Assembly (NCBI RefSeq): GCF_004010195.1
Contig: NC_057718.1
Span: forward strand, 104,162,342 to 104,226,341
Direction: 5' to 3'
Source: Chiloscyllium plagiosum
Lineage: Eukaryota
Length of the DNA stretch: 64,000 bases
Part shown: positions 38,516-52,230 of the stretch, in pieces
How positions within the stretch are numbered: position 1 is the first letter of the stretch
Layout of the letters: every line of letters begins with the position of its first letter
Translations under genes and position numbers: made by a program
The notes under the pieces: generated by a model
The model's input: the letters and a program-made list of their open reading frames with translations, nothing else
What the model was told of the DNA's origin: nothing
Database searches by the model: none

Positions 38516-39397
38516 CAAATATAAACAGTTAACTATCAAATAAAGCTCCCTAGTGCAATGCCCAATTCTTCTCTCTTCACAAGTTCTTTCTGGCCTGGGG
38601 TCTCCTCTCTTACTGATGCCAGAGACACATGATCAGTTGCATCATCACAGTTTACATGAATCTCTGCACCACAGAACCGAGAGCCCATGGGTATGTTACT
38701 AAAGGTAACACAGGGAATTCCCACCAATCAAAGGAAGAAGCTGTGCAGCATGGACTGAACCATAGTCGCTCTAACAGAATGATTCAATTCCATGGTGGCA
38801 GCGTGACTAATGGGAACTGATTGTATTTGTGATGTCTGTCTAACTGTTGCCATATTTACATACTCACTGCAGGGACAGTTTAAAGTTTAGTACCAAACCA
38901 AATACAACAAGTTATTGTAATTGTCTGCTTTTTTTTCTAAAATGTATCACAATTACATGGTCTGCCTTTTTTTTAAAAAGTTAAGCCAAAATATTTTGGC
39001 AATAAATGGTTATTTGCATCATCCTAAACTTCTCCACTTGGATATTTTTATTAACAATGGCATTTTCTAAGGATGACTCCAACATTCTCGTATTCCTTTA
39101 AAGTGAAGAGAGTTCAATAGATCACAAACAAGAATGAGAAAAATGCAGATATTTATGAAGTGAAGATATCTCTGCCCCTGAAATATTGAAGACAGCCTGT
39201 TGAGACAGATGGAGAGATGTGGAACAGCTATGGTCTCAGCTGTCATTGATGAAGAGCTACATTCATATCTCAATAAAACATTTGTAAGTTAATTTTAAAA
39301 ATTGCAAAGAAAATCATGTCAAAGCCATTTTTTTTAACAAGGCAATAAATCCACCTAATTTTATGCGACTACTATTTACCTCTCCCCTAATTGGGGG

Positions 39398-39760
39398 AAG
39401 CGGTGGGACAGTGGTAATGTCCTCAGCTTTTTTTTAGGAATCGAGATTAAAGTCTTGGGAATATGGGTTGAAATCCTACCACAGCAAATCATTGAAATTC
39501 AATCTTAAAGAACCTAGAATTACAAACTAATCAGACAACAATCATGTAACAACCATCAGATGTCATAATAACCATCAGATTCACCAATAACATTCAGGGA
39601 GGGAAATCTAATGTCCTCCCCTGCTCTGAGCAGCATGTAAGTCCAGGGCCACAGCAATGTGGCCTAGTGAGCCACTCAGCTCAGGGGTAATTAGGGATGG
39701 GCAACACGTGCTGGACCAGAGAGGGATGCTCTTGTCCCAGGGGCAAGATTTTAAATAAAA
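39398..39760 (+). mobile_element. tRNA-head SINE (same family as 37926)
   Basis: cagtggtaatgtc..gggttgaaatcc..ggtaattagggatgggcaac. Confidence 0.8.
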
Positions 39761-40184
39761 ATGTGAAAGACCTGCTGAATGTGAAGCAGCTGGTGGATGA
39801 GGGAAGGGAGTGGGCAGGAGCTGCTGGTGTTTAAGACCTATGCAGTCAATCACAGACCCAAGAGGCACTCAATCTGGAGTGCAGCAGAGATAGTGTCCAT
39901 TTCAGCCAAGCGGAGTGAATTGGCAACTGCAGATGCAAGGTGAGATTCCAAGTGTGAGCACCCAGTCTGCAGGGTTACCCCGAAATTTCTGAAATACTGC
40001 CATCCAAAACCAAAGTCCTAATGGACAGCAGTGACAAGCCTGCTAGATCTAGCACCACTCCACCACCCAAACTACTTGCGAACTGCAGATCGATCAAGAT
40101 CTTGCAATGAGTCTGAACGATGGTCAGGGATGCAGTGATCTTGGCAAAGCAGATCCCTGTATTAGAAGTTTTTTTTGAAAAGTT

Positions 40185-40500
40185 AACTCCTGCGATGTTG
40201 GCGTCGCTGGCTAGGCCAGTATGTATTGCCCCTCCCTAATTGCCCAGAGGGCAGTTAAGAGTCAAGCACATCGCTGTGGGTCTGGAGTCATGGGTAAGGT
40301 CGGCAGATTTCCTACCCTAAAGGACATGTGAACCAGATGGGTTTTTACAAAAATCAACAATGGTTCCTAGTCCCTATTAGGCCAGCTGTTTACTCCAGAT
40401 TGTATTGAATTCAAATTTCACCATCTAACATGATGGGACACAAACCCATGTTCCCAAATAATTTGTCTGGATTTGTTAGTCCAGTGAGAGAATGCCAGTT
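40185..40500 (-). mobile_element. tRNA-head SINE (same family as 37926)
   Basis: Reverse complement of the same body and tail. Confidence 0.8.
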
Positions 40501-41659
40501 GGGATGTGTTTCCATCACTTGATGCAGGTCCATGGAGACCAACAACATGAGGCATCAGTATCAGATAGCATTTCATTTCCTTGGCCTCCATCCTCCACAT
40601 CAGATTCATTCTCTTCCTCAGTTTTACTGAAGGAATTGAATTCCTGTCAAATGTCTATATTATGAATTTTTGAACAATCTGAGCCAACTCGCTTAGCCTG
40701 AAATCTACAGAATACCGAGTATCAAAAGAAGCTGCCAACATAAACATGAACTAAGAGAGAAATTTAGAATTCCACGCCAAGGCAGCATATAGAGCATGAA
40801 AGTTTCTCAGTGATGTAATTAATATTGCTATTAGCCATTAGCTGTTGGCTATCCGGTGTAGTTCCAGAATCCGTGGGGATTAATTATGGTTTTGGGCGAT
40901 GGAATGAAACTAACAACTTGAATTCAGGCACATATCAAACATCTCTCGTGAATGAAATGGAAATCAGGAAAGATGTATAACAGGCAACTAAGTCAACACA
41001 GTCCATTTTTACCTTGTTGTTCAAAGCCTTACTGGCCCCACATGGATTAATGCCGGCACCATCCGAGCCACTTTTCCTGTTACTGCACCTGTGACAACAA
41101 CAGGACAGCATCAAATTGGAGAAAGTTACAAATGCTGATCCAGGAACTTCAGCCTATGGACACACAGGGATCAGGAAATTCTGATGGGTCCTTCCACCCA
41201 AGAAGTGCATATGACTTTATGTCCAAATATATCTATTTATTGTCCATGTCTCACTTCAACATGAGCATAAAGATTGTGATCTGGATCCATTCGGAGAAAT
41301 TGCTCTCCAAGTAGAACTCAAAACACCATTTCTTCAGTCATCCAGAACACCCTGGGGAGTAAGCAGTAAGCAGCTCTCACAAGTGGATCTTCACTTTATA
41401 GATCCTCGAGTATTACAGCCCAGAAGGAGATCATTCAGCCTAACAACTTTGTGCTGACTCTTCTAAAGTGTAACCTAGTTATTCCCATTGTCCTACTCTT
41501 TTCCCTTATCCCTACAATCTTTTTCCTCTTTCAATTATTTATCCAATTCCCTTTCAAAGATCAGCATTGAATTTGTATCCACTGCCCTATTGGGCATCAC
41601 ATTCCAAATCCTGACCACTCACTGCTTTTCCTCATGTCACCTCTTTGATCCTACACCCA

Positions 41660-42102
41660 AGCTTGCTCTTCCTTGACTCTATCTCACTCATGTCTTTGTG
41701 AATTCTTGATTGGACTGTTCCTTTGCACGCCTGTTGATTGGACTGTTCCAGTGCACGCCTGACTGGCCTCATCCTCTGTAAAACTTTGAAATCATTCTAA
41801 TCTTGCTTCAGCCCTGTGCTCACTGACCTACACTGACTCCTGGTCAAGCAACATCACAATTTTAAAATTTACACCTTTGTTTTCAAATCCCTTTGTAGTC
41901 TCACTCACTTAATTCTCTGTAATCTCCTCCAGCCCTATAACCCCCCAAGATATCTGTGCTTCCCTTCTTCTGACACACCTCCAAATTTAAATGACTCCTC
42001 CATTGGGGTCCATGCCTTGTTTTGTCTGAGCCCTAATCTCTGGAATTTCCTCTCTAAACCTCAACACTCTTTGAGCTCCCTTTCTTCTTTAAGATGTTCC
42101 TT
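41660..42102 (+). mobile_element. L2 LINE 3' end, with a 28-bp tandem duplication at 41706-41761
   Basis: SPVLTDLH*LLVKQHHNFKI..VFKSL motif; resumes after the L1 insertion. Confidence 0.8.
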
Positions 42103-43860
42103 CCGAATATCTCTGATTAAGATGAATGTTCTTCCTCGTTTGCTTTATCCCATGCGTATGCTCCCTATAATGTTTCCCAGATCAACGCTGCGGAAGCTTA
42201 TGGGATGGTTTGGTTCCTTTGTCTGGCATCGTGGGCATCTCCACATCAAACTTACTAAATTGCAGTTGCCTCAAGGAGGGGGAGGAGTTGATTTCCCAGA
42301 CATCAGGAGGTATCAGTTGAGTTTCCTGCTGTCCTTTATCTGTGATGGGTGGGTAACGATCCAAACTCAATATGGCTGGATATTGACGCCTGCCAGGCAA
42401 AGTGCCCTCTTATTAACCTGTTGTTCATGGATAAGATGAGGACAGTTATGGACCACTGCCGGAACCCCATGTCATTAGTACAGTCAAGGCATGGAGGGTG
42501 ATGCATCAGAGCGAGGGTTGTTTATCCAAGACTTCGCCACTTACACCTATAGTTGGCATTCCAGGGTTCCGACCAGGGATGATGGACTCAGGGTTCAAAC
42601 TATGGGCAACGAGAGGAATTTCTAGTTTGGGAGATTTGTTTGAGGTGGAGGTTATGATGTCTTTTGAGCAACTGAGCTGCAAATACGGGTTACCCAGCAG
42701 AGATCTTTTCCATTTTTCTTCAGGTTAGGGATTTCATCCAGAAGAAGACTACGCTTCTCACTAAGCTCTATAAGCCCGAGACAGAGAGGTTGTTGCTATG
42801 TTCCACAAGCACCCTCTCAGTTCCTGCCCTCTATCACCTGCTGGGTTGCAGGGCCTGGCAGGACATTAACCGGCTATGTGAGGTCTGGGAGCAAGAGCTG
42901 GGAGTGGAGATCTCTTCTGAAACGTGGGAGAACATGTGGGAGAATACTCGAAAGATCTCAATCTGTAATAGGACATGTGCTACGCAGCTAAAAGTTCTGC
43001 ACAGGGTTCATCTGGCACCAGACCATCTGGCAAAGTTTAAAAAAGGGGCATCTTCAGTGTGCCCAAATGTAAAATAAGGGTAGGTACTCTTATCCATTGC
43101 TTCTGGACATGCCACAGGCTCCGTGTTTATTGGAGCGCTGTGGCGGGAGAGATAGGGAGGGTATTGAGGACTGAAGTCAAAGTAGACCCAATATCTCTCC
43201 TCTTATGTCTACTGAATTTACCATCTTTAGACGGGCATGGGAAGAAACTATTTAATATTCTTGCATACTGTGCACAGAAGAATATTCTGATGAACTGGGT
43301 GTCTGAGAACCCGCCGGGCTTGCTGGGATGGCAGACATTAATTTTGGAGCACAGTCCCTTGGATTGTTTTTACAAACATGGTGCACCACACAACAGACCA
43401 TTTTTATTAGATATGGCAGCTCTACTTCAGTTATTTGAATATAGATTTGTCAACTATCTTAACTAGGACATTTGGTTAACCAGGATGGTTAGGTTTGTCA
43501 AGCCTTGGAGCCCTGAAGAGGGGTCTCCTGAGTTCATGCGGGTACATATACAATGGTCACATTCTTTTGTTTGGGAGCTTTGTGCCGGTCATAGCTGTTC
43601 TGTATCCTGTGGGTTTTTCTTTACTTTTCCTTTTTTTTGATCTATTAGTTATTTACTTATTTATTGGTGTTGCTTTGCACAGTGTTAAGGTTTGTTTTGT
43701 ATTATAGGGTAGGTTAGTATTTAGAAATAGTAGTTGTATTGTAATTTGTGCTTTTTTTCTTTTTATTATATTGACATTTGTTATTGATTGTATTTTTCAA
43801 TAATTTTAAATGTTTGTACAGTTAAAAAAATTTGCTAATAAATATATTTACAAAAAAAAA
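42103..43860 (+). mobile_element. 5'-truncated L1-clade LINE (ORF2 C-terminus, 3' UTR, polyA)
   Basis: RISLIKMNVLPRLLYPM..LPQGGGGVDFPD; Cys/His motif CPKC..HCFWTC; AATAAA near 43837 and A-tail; TSD gttcctt/gctcctt. Confidence 0.93.
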
Positions 43861-44199
43861 GCTCCTTAAAAATTAAAACGAGTTATTGTTGCAGGTATCT
43901 CGTTTCTTCATGGTTCTAGTCACTGCCATCAAACCTCATCTTAGACTTTTCTGCTCTTAGAAAATAATGCTCTAATTACTTGATTCACGTATTTAAAGCA
44001 TAATCCTAACACTTTAATTCAATCACTTCCTAACCTTTTATACTTCAGGAATGCCAACATCCTGTTTATAATCTCACTAAATGACTTCACTCTCAGAGGC
44101 TGGGAGTTGAGCACAGTCGGGAAAATATCTTACTTCAATTTAATGGATCACTGGGGAGACTGTGCCTGGAATATTATGTCCCATTCCAGTCTCTTTACT

Positions 44200-44815
44200 C
44201 CAGGAAGAATAGACTTATTGCAGGGGGAGTGCAGGTTCACCATCAGATTCCTGGGATGGTGGGACAGTTCTGTAAGGGCAATGGGCCTGTGTTCTCTAGA
44301 GTTAGAGAAATGAGAGGTGAAGGACATGGAGCATTTGTAAAGGAATGGGTGGGGTACATGTATTCATACAAACATACAGATCCGAAGCAGGTGTCAACCA
44401 TGCAGCTCCTTAAGACTGCTTCACTTCAACAGGATGGCGGCTGATCTAATTGACCCACAATCCTGCCTGTTCATCATCACCTTCAAAAAGGTCGTTGCCC
44501 CAGACTGTGGGGTTTAGAACCGGAGGGACAGCCTCAGAATAAGAGGCAAGTCATTCAGGACCCAGGTGAGGAGGAACCTCTTCACTCAGAGGGCAGTGAA
44601 CCTTCAGAATTCAGACACCCCTCACCCCCGCCACGGACTGTGGAAGCTGAGTCATTGAGTAGATTCCAAGTAGAGATCAACACATACTAGTTACTAATGA
44701 TTTCAAGGGATATCGGGATACAGTGGCTTTGAGGGAGATGATCAGCCATGATCTAGAATAGTGAAACAGGTTTGAGGGGCTGAATGGCCTCCTCTTGCTC
44801 CTATGTTCCTATGGT
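44200..44815 (+). mobile_element. CR1 3' fragments
   Basis: gaggaacctcttcactcagagggcagtgaacc..gggctgaatggcctcctcttgctcctatgttcctatg. Confidence 0.8.
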
Positions 44816-44912
44816 CTCCTCCTTCCAAGGCTAATGGATCCATCCTAAGGATAAGCTTAACAGTGAGTTCCTTCACCATTCCTTCCAAATTTCAGATGCA
44901 ATGTCTCTTTCA

Positions 44913-44977
44913 GTGATGAGATTCTGTGATGAGATTCTGTGATGAGATTCTGTGATGAGATTCTGTGATGAGATTCT
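44913..44977. repeat. Perfect 13-bp tandem repeat (gtgatgagattct)5
   Basis: Seen directly. Confidence 0.97.
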
Positions 44978-45999
44978 GTGCTGTGATAACTCAGTGATTT
45001 CTGGAGAAGTCTGACAGGCCACTGCAAGGCTTTGGTGAAGAAAAAAAATCCCTTAAAGTATTCTTGGCCATTCTCAGCGCTTCATGTATCCTTCAAACCC
45101 ACAGCATGGGACAAACACGTCAACAGGGTGTTTGCATTATTGCAGTTTGAGTCTCAGATGGTCGTTCTCAAACATGCTGGTGCTTGTCTTTTTCAGGACA
45201 TGATTGCTAAACTCACTGGCAATTTCTAATGGGGAACAGGGGTGTCTGGGAGACAGTTATTGAGCCCTGGTCCTTGGTGAAGATATTGAAATGGCTGTGA
45301 GTAATTGTACCTAGGCCAAGAATTTGGACAATGAGAATGATCAGATTATTCTGAGTGAGACACCAGCACCTCCTTGACTCACCAGGGCCAGTGTTACTTG
45401 GGCAGAAAGCATGGGAGCTGTTGATTCAAGTTTGGACAGATGCTTTCAGCAAACCTGGGTCATAGGATATGGGTTTCAACAATCGCCCCTCCTTGCATCA
45501 ATTCAATATCTTGTGTGCTTTTCTCATATGCAATGTTGAGGCTGCAATAGTGATGTCAAGGTTTAAATAAAGCAATCTGCTAAAGTACTGCCAGATCGTA
45601 AGAGTCATACAGAGTTCCAGCGCAGAAAAAGGCCCTTCAGCTCATCTGTGCCAGTCAAAAACAATCACCTATTTATTCTAATTCCATTTCCCAGCACTTG
45701 TCCCAAAGCCTTGCATTCCTTGGCATCAGAATGCACATCAAAATATTTCTTAAGATTTCAAAGGTAGAATTCATGAGTCAAAACGTTAATACCAAATGAA
45801 ATCATCTTCTACATGAATGCACTTCCTATCTGTATCACCTGACCACTTGCCATTTAACCATCCCCAGGATGTTACTTTTGGAAACTTTTCTGTTTGAGAT
45901 TCCATTTCCACATTCAGTGTGAACCGTGCAAATGGAAACTTACTGCATTCTAGTTTCACACACCAGCTACGTGACAATATCAGACCACTTTGATTTTAG

Positions 46000-46665
46000 C
46001 ACTCGCCCCTCTGAGTCATAATGCCAAATGTTCACATCTCACACCAAACCCAAGGTGAGTACTGATGGAGGGAATAGTAGAGGTTGGCTCCTCTCAATCA
46101 GAGGTTAAATCAAAGCTCACTCTGCACTGTGGGTGAAAGACTCCCAGAAATGCTCGTAGAATAACGGGTACATTGTCCTGGGGGGTAAATTATCCTTCAA
46201 CCACTACTATTACAAAAAGAAGACCATGAGACACGGGGGTAGAATTAAGCCAATCAGCTCATTGTGTCTCAATGAGATCATCACGGGTCTATTATTCATC
46301 TATCGTTGCCCCATAATCATCAATTCCCTGTCTGATGAAGAATCTGTCTGTTTCAGCCTTGAATATCCTTAATGACCCATCCTTGACAATTCTCTGTGAT
46401 AAAGAATTCCAGCCATCCATTAGCCTCTGAAAGAGGAAATTCCTCCTCATCTTTGTCTTAAATGGATGACCCCTTACTCTGAGATGATGTGCGCAGCTTA
46501 CCTGTATGTTTTACCTTTTCATGGCACCTTGTCCAGCACTCAGTTGTTGCAGCATCTCTCCTCATGGTGACAATAGCTTGGCTTCAGATGTACACCATTG
46601 GCTGTGAAGTTCCTCAGGAAACCCCGAGATTATCAATGGCATTATGTGAATTAAGATTTTCCTTT
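46000..46665 (+). mobile_element. Degenerate Deu-type SINE interrupted by a CR1 tail (46225-46490, minus)
   Basis: gaggttaaatcaaagc..attatccttcaacc before, cttcagatgtacaccattggctgtgaag after. Confidence 0.5.
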
Positions 46666-48419
46666 GTGTACAACACACACGATGCATAAATACAAAGCCT
46701 TTTACAAAGGGAGCATCAAAAACATTTGGGACTTTTCTTTCTCTTTAATCTTAGCAAGTTAAGACTCTGTTCACCCTTCTGGTTACTAGAATGGGTCAAC
46801 CAGGCAAGTAATGTCCAGTCCTGACTCAACAGCAGCAGGAATTCGCAACTCCAGTATCACCTTATCTCATCAGAGAAGGAAAGGCAACAAAATGGAATTG
46901 GCCTACGAAAACACTTGAGGAACACATCCATGTCCGGCACTTCTGATGGTTTAATTGCCTTACTGTTGGTTTATTCTGGATATCAATAACCTGGGCAGTT
47001 CTAACAATAAAACAAACACAATGACGTTTGTTAATACAAATATCACCCACACGGTGCCTGCAATCACAGGTGAACCCTAACTGCTGAGTTAAACACTGGA
47101 TTTAAACAAGCACACACATTCCTTCATCCTGACACAAACATTTCAAAAACCCATGACATTTCTAACTATTAGGTCATTCCTGGGTTTCTCATGCTTTCTC
47201 CTCCTCATTTCATTTATCGCATTTCAGCTAAACCTGCAAACTCCAGGTTAGTATCTACAACGCCCAGCTCTAGTAAAGGTCCAGAAGTGTTGAACATTCT
47301 TACTCCTGTCCTGCATTCAGGGTCTTCCAACAGCTTGTAACTTTACAGTTCTAATCTCGCAACATCACAAGTTGTAATGTTAGAGCTCTGCACGTTCTCA
47401 GGAGTAGAGTTATGGTCTGTGTGTGAGGTTCAGAGCACAGGCCAAAACTCTACAAGCTGCTAATTAATGGCCCCAACAGAAGGAGCAGGAAGCAACTTAA
47501 ATATTGGCAGAGTATCACTCTTCCCATTTACCCCTGCTTCTCAAGTATGGCAGCTTATCTCTAAGGGAGTAAAGATATTAAAATAAGTGAAATTTCTCAG
47601 CAATTAAAATTATTGATTGCCTCCATTAACTTCTATAATTTCTTTACTTATTACAATGTAAGGTATATAATGTTCACTATGTGATCATATAATTATTGCA
47701 GCTTAGTGGCAATTATAATAATTCACTGGGAACAGGAGCGGAGAGTTGGCACAATGACAAGTCTGTGACATTTCTTCACAAATGCCCCTTCAACTCAATG
47801 GAAACCTTGACATTTAAATCCTGCTGGAATGAGACACTGCTTTGAATCGTTTGATGAGGTTTCTTTATGGTTTTGCTGATAGACTGGATTTTTTTTTAAC
47901 ACTTGCTCCAGTAAATTTCCTCTGGTCTTCACTGTGAAAGATGGCCAGTGAACAGACTATAACGTGTCCATCCCTCTCACAAGAAAAGCCCACCACTCTC
48001 CATTCTCCCATTTCACTGTGGCCTTCCCTCATTCCTATTTTAGTCCCAATCCCATCCACAATCCCTCTCTTTGGCCCCCTCACTCAACTTTATCAAAGGC
48101 TACTGCTGTGGATACTGGAAACCCAAACTAAAGAGAAACTGGCAGTGGCTACGGACAGGGAAACAGACTTGACATTTCCAGTCAAAGAAATATCACAAAA
48201 GGAAGCCTTCCAGCCCATCATCTTGACTTTTGACTATATAAAGGTCAAGGTTTCACACAAAACTTCTACATAGAACCATCTGTCAGTCAGACTGGTTGCC
48301 CTGTGATCTTGCATCACTGGTGATGTAAATTAACTTATTTACGTACTTCACATACAGACTGGATGCACATGAGGTTAGAAACCGTAGACTATAAAGGACC
48401 ACTGGCATTAATCTCTCTT

Positions 48420-49470
48420 TTTCATAGATTCATACAGCGCGGAAAATGCCTTCAGCCCATTGAGTCTGCACCGACATAACCACCACTAAAAGGGCACTAA
48501 TCCCAATTTCCTGCACTTGTCCCGTATCCTTGAACATTATGATATTCAAAGTCCTCATCCAAATATCTTTTAAAGGTTGTAAGGTTTTCAGCCTCCACTA
48601 CTTTCCCAGGCAGTGCATTCCAGATTTGCGTGACCCCCTGAGTGAAAACGCTTTTCCCCAAATCCCCTCTGAAGCTTACCCTAAAAGTATGCCCTCTTGT
48701 GGTTGACCGTCCAACAAGGGGGAGCAGCTGCTCTCTACTCACACTGTCCGTACCCCTCAATCTGAGACACTTCAATCATGTCCCCACTCAGTCTTCTCTA
48801 CTCTAAAGAAAACAATCTGAGCCTGTCTAGTCTCTCCTTATAGCTCAGTGTCTCCATCCGAGGCAACATCCTGGTGAACCTCCTCTGAACCCCCTCTAGA
48901 GCTATCACATCCTTACTGTTGTGAGGTGACCAGAACTGCACACAGTACTCCAGCTCGGACCTGACCAACACACTGTACAATTCCAACATTACCTCCTTGT
49001 TCTTATACTCTATGCCACACTGATGAAAGCAGGTGTCCCATATGCCTTCTGAACTACTATATTCATGTGTTTTGCTGACTTCAGGAATCTATGAATAATT
49101 ACCCCAAGATCCCGCTGTTCCCCTGAGCTACCCAGTGTCCTGCCATTTATTAAATATTCCCTCACCTTGTTTCTTCTTCCAAAGTGCATCACCTCACACT
49201 TACCAATGAAATAGCAGCTGTCACTAGCCTGCCCATCTGACCAACCCATCTATGTCTTTGTGTAATCTATAATCTTTTAAAGAGAGAAAGAATTAGTTAG
49301 GCACAATAGACAATAGGTGCAGGAGTAGGCCATTTGGCCCTTTGAGCCAGAACCACCATTCATTATGATCATGGCTGATCATCCTCAATCAGTATCCTGT
49401 TCCTGCCTTATCCCCATAACCCTTAATTCCACTATCTTTAAGAGCTCTATGCATCTCTTTCTTGAAAGTA
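48420..49470 (-). mobile_element. CR1 LINE 3' portion plus a second CR1 tail
   Basis: ORFs 49010(-) GKCEVMHFGRRN, 48798(-) LVRSELEYCVQFWSPH, 48497(-) IWNALPGKVVEA. Confidence 0.93.
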
Positions 49471-50974
49471 TCCAGAAACTTGCCACAGCTTGAGGGTAAC
49501 CACTCCAAAGTCCGGGGGAAGGTGATGAGGCACTGTCTTCCTGATTGACCATAGCGGGTTCTGGGGATTGAATCCACACTTGTTGGTTTTATCCTGCACC
49601 GCACGCCAGTCACCCAGCTGATCCCCACAGTTAGAGGATAATCTTCAATAAAAGGTCATCTTTACTGACAGGTTGACCTCCTGCAGTCACAAAGAATCCA
49701 AACCCCAGGCACACCAAACTAACACCATTGGTAATGTTGATAAATATTTTAATCCAACATCTGCATGCCCAAGGGAAACCCCAGGCCTTGATTAAACAGA
49801 TGCAGCATTAGAGGTAGAGTTTTTGATAATCAGTGGTAGAATTGTTTGCCACTCTTTCCCATAACTGGGCACAGCACTGCATCCAAATACTCAATTCACA
49901 TTCTGCAGCTGCTCACTCTACACTTGTTCACAATCTATAATTCTATGAATCTATGATATACAATCATATCTGATGATATGATATACAATTCAATGAATCT
50001 GCTCACTGATGTTCACTTAGGTTCTGCTAGGTCCACTCACCTCCTAATATCTCTTTGCAGCCTTGGTCTGTACATGGATAGAAAGTCTAAACTCCAGAGG
50101 TGTAGTGATTGTCCCTGACTTTGCAGTACCACCTGACCGAGTGTGACATCAAGGGTGCCTGACAAAATTGACGTCAATGTGAATAGGGGTAAAAATTCCA
50201 CTGGTTTGAGTCATAGTCATCCCAAAGAAAGATGGTTCTGGTTGTACAAAGTTAATAATCTCAGGCCCAGGGCATCCTCACAGGAGTTCCTTAGAGTACG
50301 CCAATCATCTTCCTCAGTGACCTCCAACGTAAGATCAGAAGTGGGGTTCAGCACCATTCACATCCCCATTGCAGGGTAGGGTTTCCCAACAGTAGGTGAT
50401 GTCAGGTTCCACAAACTACTTCTTTGTCATCTATCCAATAACTGCTGCCTCAAGCAGATCCCTGAGAGCCATTTGTCTCTTTGTAACCTCTAAGGGAGAA
50501 AAGAAATTTCAGATCTGTGATCTTTCATCACCAACCATCCTGATAAAAGATTACAGACCTGAGATCTAGGAGCAGGAATAAGGACAGGGAAAGAAATCCT
50601 CCCTTAAGTCTGGAGGCCAGAACTGTTAGCAGGCATTCCAGGCATGACCTCACCGAACCCCAGCCAAATATAGCAGCACCTCTGCACTCTTGCACACCAA
50701 TCCCTCTGTTTCTGACCCCAAGGAGACTGCCTAGCCCATTGAGGATTTGCAGCACTCACACATTTCCATTATCCATAATATTCTCCATGTTTTTACGTTA
50801 TGGAGCTCCCTTGTACAATGATAGCTGCTGACTATTGACCCTTCAAAGGGAAGTGGAGCTGTCTGGTACCACTCCTTTCAGTCACTGAAACAACAAAATG
50901 TCACAACATGTCAGACCTTTGCAGTTAAAGTCAGTTCCATGTATTGAAAAATGACAAATAATCACAGAATCTCA

Positions 50975-51113
50975 AAGTTAAAAATCACACAACACCAGGT
51001 TAGAGTCCAACAGGTTTATTTGGAAGCACTAACTTTCAGAGCGCTGCTCCTTCATCAGGTGGTTGTAACTTTGTACACCCCAGTCCAACACCGGCACCTC
51101 CAAATCATGACAG
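50975..51113 (-). mobile_element. PLE family B terminal-repeat insertion with hammerhead
   Basis: Minus strand cac-CUGAUGA-A-GGAGC-agc-GCUCU-GAA-AGUU-A-gug; TSD agaatctca on both sides. Confidence 0.85.
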
Positions 51114-51470
51114 ATAGAATCTCAGGATTGTTAAGGTGCAAAAGAAAACAGTTGGCCCATCATTCTGCATTGGATAGCACCTGATTGCCTGTCCAGCCCA
51201 GTTATGGCGGTATTGAACTGTGTAATTTTGATTCTCAAGGAGCAGGAAGATCAGACGATGGCTAGCTCTGCTGCACTTGTAAATCATTCAAGTAACTGGT
51301 TTTTAAAATTCCCATATTCCCCCATGTGATGGAAAATAAAATTCACATGTGGAGATGGTTTCAATCGATTGCAACGTGTCCCATGTAAAGTCCCATGAGT
51401 ACGATGTGGTAGCCACATCTGCCCACTGCCCTAGCAGGGCTCAAATGAAGTGTGGACATGGTAAAGGGGC

Positions 51471-51670
51471 CAGCAGGTCAGGTAGCATCAGAGGAGCAGG
51501 AGAGTCAACGTTTCGGACAGGATCCTTCATCAGGAGTGAAAGAATCCTGATGAAAGGTTCCAACCTGAAACACTGACTCTCCTGCTCCTCTGATCTTACC
51601 TGACCTGTGCTTTTTCCAGCTCAACACTTTATTTACTCTGACTTTCCAGCACCTGCAGTCCTCACTACCT
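51471..51670. mobile_element. Fold-back PLE family A-like insertion with two opposed hammerhead cores
   Basis: ..tttcggacaggatccttcatcagga gtgaaagaa tcctgatgaaaggttccaacctgaaac..; degenerate flanking duplication agggctca(a/g)atgaa. Confidence 0.85.
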
Positions 51671-52082
51671 GCAAGGGCTCAGATGAATGTAACATGAGAA
51701 TATGTTCCTCACTCATCGAAAAGCGGAATACTGCAGCCACTGGACATTGGAAGTAAAAACAGGAAAAGAACAGCTCAATGAGACACGCAGCATCTGCACA
51801 GAGAGAGAAGCAGACTCCATGTTTCAGCTCTTTGCTCTGTCATCAGGGCCAGGAGGTTTTCGAGGTGTAACAGATTTTGAGCAAGACGTGGTGAAGGGGT
51901 AACAGGAAGCTCTGTGATAGGGTGAAAGACAGCAGAGAGTGAATGACAGAAGTCTTCATTGGTCAGGGCCAAAGGAATAGAAGATGAGGTGAGAAAGGTA
52001 GACAGCTTCCTGCTTGGCAAGAGAGTCAAAGATGATCAATGGGTTAGACAGGAATGTGGAGTTGAGGCCACAGTTGGTTAGA

Positions 52083-52230
52083 GAGAAAGTGAAGGCTGCA
52101 GATGCTGGAGATCAGAGCTGAAAATGTGTTGCTGGAAAAGCGCAGCAGGTCAGGCAGCATCCAGGGAACAGGAGAATCGACGTTTCGGGCATAAGCCCTT
52201 CTTCAGGAATTTCGGGCATTAGCCCTTCTT
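52083..52230 (-). mobile_element. Short PLE family A insertion, intact hammerhead at 52175-52210 plus a tandem second core
   Basis: TSD cacagttggttaga (52069-52082) / cacaattggttaga (52231-52244); minus strand CUGAAGA-A-GGGC-uuau-GCCC-GAA-ACGU-C. Confidence 0.92.

Noticed and set aside
42017..43466. Host multi-exon gene or domesticated RT
   Set aside because: Consecutive frameshifted pieces of L1 ORF2 with a polyA tail and TSD
44913..44977. Box C (RTGATGA) cluster as a C/D snoRNA, or hammerhead cores
   Set aside because: Simple 13-bp slippage repeat with no terminal stem, suitably placed D box or GAAA half
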